Shown here piece by piece: positions 62,874 through 64,000 of a stretch of 64,000 nucleotides of DNA. Each line of letters starts with the position of its first letter. Position 1 is the first letter of the stretch. The position numbers were made by a program, and so were the translations under genes. The DNA is from Octopus vulgaris (lineage: Eukaryota). The DNA lies in contig OX597818.1 in the NCBI GenBank assembly GCA_951406725.2, positions 26,288,001 to 26,352,000 of the forward strand. The letters run 5' to 3'. A model generated the notes under the pieces. The model was not told where the DNA came from and did no database searches. It saw only the letters and a list, made by a program, of their open reading frames with translations.

Positions 62874-64000
62874 TCAATTGTCTAAATTGATATGCACTGT
62901 GCTTTCCAGTAGTTCATGGCATTTCACTAGACTTTGCTGCCATTGGCTGAGGCAGTTTTGTTGTATTTCTGTGAACCAATTACTGGCTAATGCAGTGGCA
63001 ACTAGAACATGTACTGCATTATCATAAAGGTGTGAACTAATTGTAAAATCATCATAAAATTTCTGGATTGCTCGAAACACTCTGCGACTGTCAATGTATG
63101 TTGGTTTGTTAAGCAAATAACGGAAAATGTATGCTGCCATCTTGGTAGCCGGAAAACTTGGTGGTGTTGAGTATGAATGAGTTCTGTTACCATCTTTATT
63201 GATAGAATGTTCAAACCAGTGTAATCCTGAGCAATTAGATTTGCTATTGTTATCACTTTGGGTTGCCACTGTGTTTCTTGATGATTCCTGACGAGAAGTT
63301 AGTGTATTATCTATGAATGACTTTGGTCTTTTCTTGTTGACTCTTTTTACTTTGCTGCAGTGTTTTGAGCCTTGCACAGTGTCATTAGCATCTGGCAAGT
63401 CTGTTTCGAAGATGTCCATTTGTTCTTGCATAATTTTAAGAAGTTGAGCAAACTCCACTGATGTGTTTTTATCTGTTACTGGTACTTTTGATGGTGTGTA
63501 TTCTTGCCTCTCATAAGAATCATCACTATCTTCAATCAAAGCTGCTAAACTTTGGCACTTGATTTGGTGCTCAGCAAGATTTACCATGCGTACTGTTGTT
63601 CCACAGCTTGCACATTTCACAGGAGAATGTGGGCATTTTGACTCGTGGTTTTCAAGTTGTTCTAATTTAGTCATTACATAACATCCATTTTTTCTAAATG
63701 GACAGAACATGTAGTAACCATTGATAAGGTTTCGTAAAGCAATTTCAGGTTTGGCCTCATTTGGATGCACTGGCTTGCGACATTCTGGACATGAAGCTGT
63801 TACAGGTGACAGACAAGTTGAGGGAAAGGACCTTGGTCGCCTATATTGTAGCTGTAATAACTGTGATGGTGGTTGTTCTTGCGTTAAAGATGTTTTCAAC
63901 CAAGTTTCCAGGCATATCAAACAAAAACTATGTCCACATGGCGTGAGTACAGGATTCTCAAAAACTGATCCACATATACTGCACACTAAATTTATATCAA
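62874..64000 (-). CDS. RING-HC (C3HC4) + TRAF/SINA-type zinc finger E3 ligase (RNF151/NRDP1/PDZRN-like N-terminus); start lies beyond the window
   Basis: Frame is open to the window edge (..DINLVCSICGSVFENPVLTPCGHSFCLIC...CPEC), followed by CPFRKNGC...HESKC...CASC...HQIKC, a low-complexity linker and a helical C-terminal block (LLNKPTYIDSRRVF...VHVLVATALASNWF). The GTG start in the ORF track is an artefact. Confidence 0.9.
   Translation of the reverse strand, partial: DINLVCSICGSVFENPVLTPCGHSFCLICLETWLKTSLTQEQPPSQLLQLQYRRPRSFPSTCLSPVTASCPECRKPVHPNEAKPEIALRNLINGYYMFCPFRKNGCYVMTKLEQLENHESKCPHSPVKCASCGTTVRMVNLAEHQIKCQSLAALIEDSDDSYERQEYTPSKVPVTDKNTSVEFAQLLKIMQEQMDIFETDLPDANDTVQGSKHCSKVKRVNKKRPKSFIDNTLTSRQESSRNTVATQSDNNSKSNCSGLHWFEHSINKDGNRTHSYSTPPSFPATKMAAYIFRYLLNKPTYIDSRRVFRAIQKFYDDFTISSHLYDNAVHVLVATALASNWFTEIQQNCLSQWQQSLVKCHELLESTVHINLDN

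Overview
AT-rich, repeat-dense animal genomic DNA. The repeat families (tRNA-headed SINEs, RTE LINEs with (GAT)n tails) suggest an octopus or other cephalopod; this is inferred from recalled families, not from a search. Genes reconstructed by hand: (1) a complete 11-exon UBR7 orthologue on + (38754-59809, 408 aa); (2) the 5' part of a minus-strand secretory-pathway gene (signal peptide plus long acidic region; coding exons 5593-5419, 2758-2396, 1687-1538; continues off the left edge) with a GC-AG intron, tentatively SEL1L/Hrd3-like; (3) a RING-C3HC4 + TRAF/SINA-type zinc finger E3 ligase on - that is intronless within the window and starts beyond the right edge (62874->64000); (4) a possible tiny spliced minus-strand unit at 28.4-30.2 kb (47-aa ORF or recursive splice site). 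The rest is nested, decayed mobile DNA: RTE, CR1, Tx1/L1 and R4-like LINEs, a Ty3/Gypsy relic, a Helitron, piggyBac and mariner MITEs, and SINEs. Highlights: six type-I hammerhead ribozyme motifs in about five apparently different small repeats, two with intact catalytic cores; a pair of inverted ~1.8-kb RTE copies bracketing UBR7 exons 8-9 (dsRNA/editing/circRNA candidate); a PHD finger inserted inside the RTE reverse transcriptase; and a nested ~1.4-kb fold-back. No CRISPR array, rRNA or bona fide tRNA was seen.
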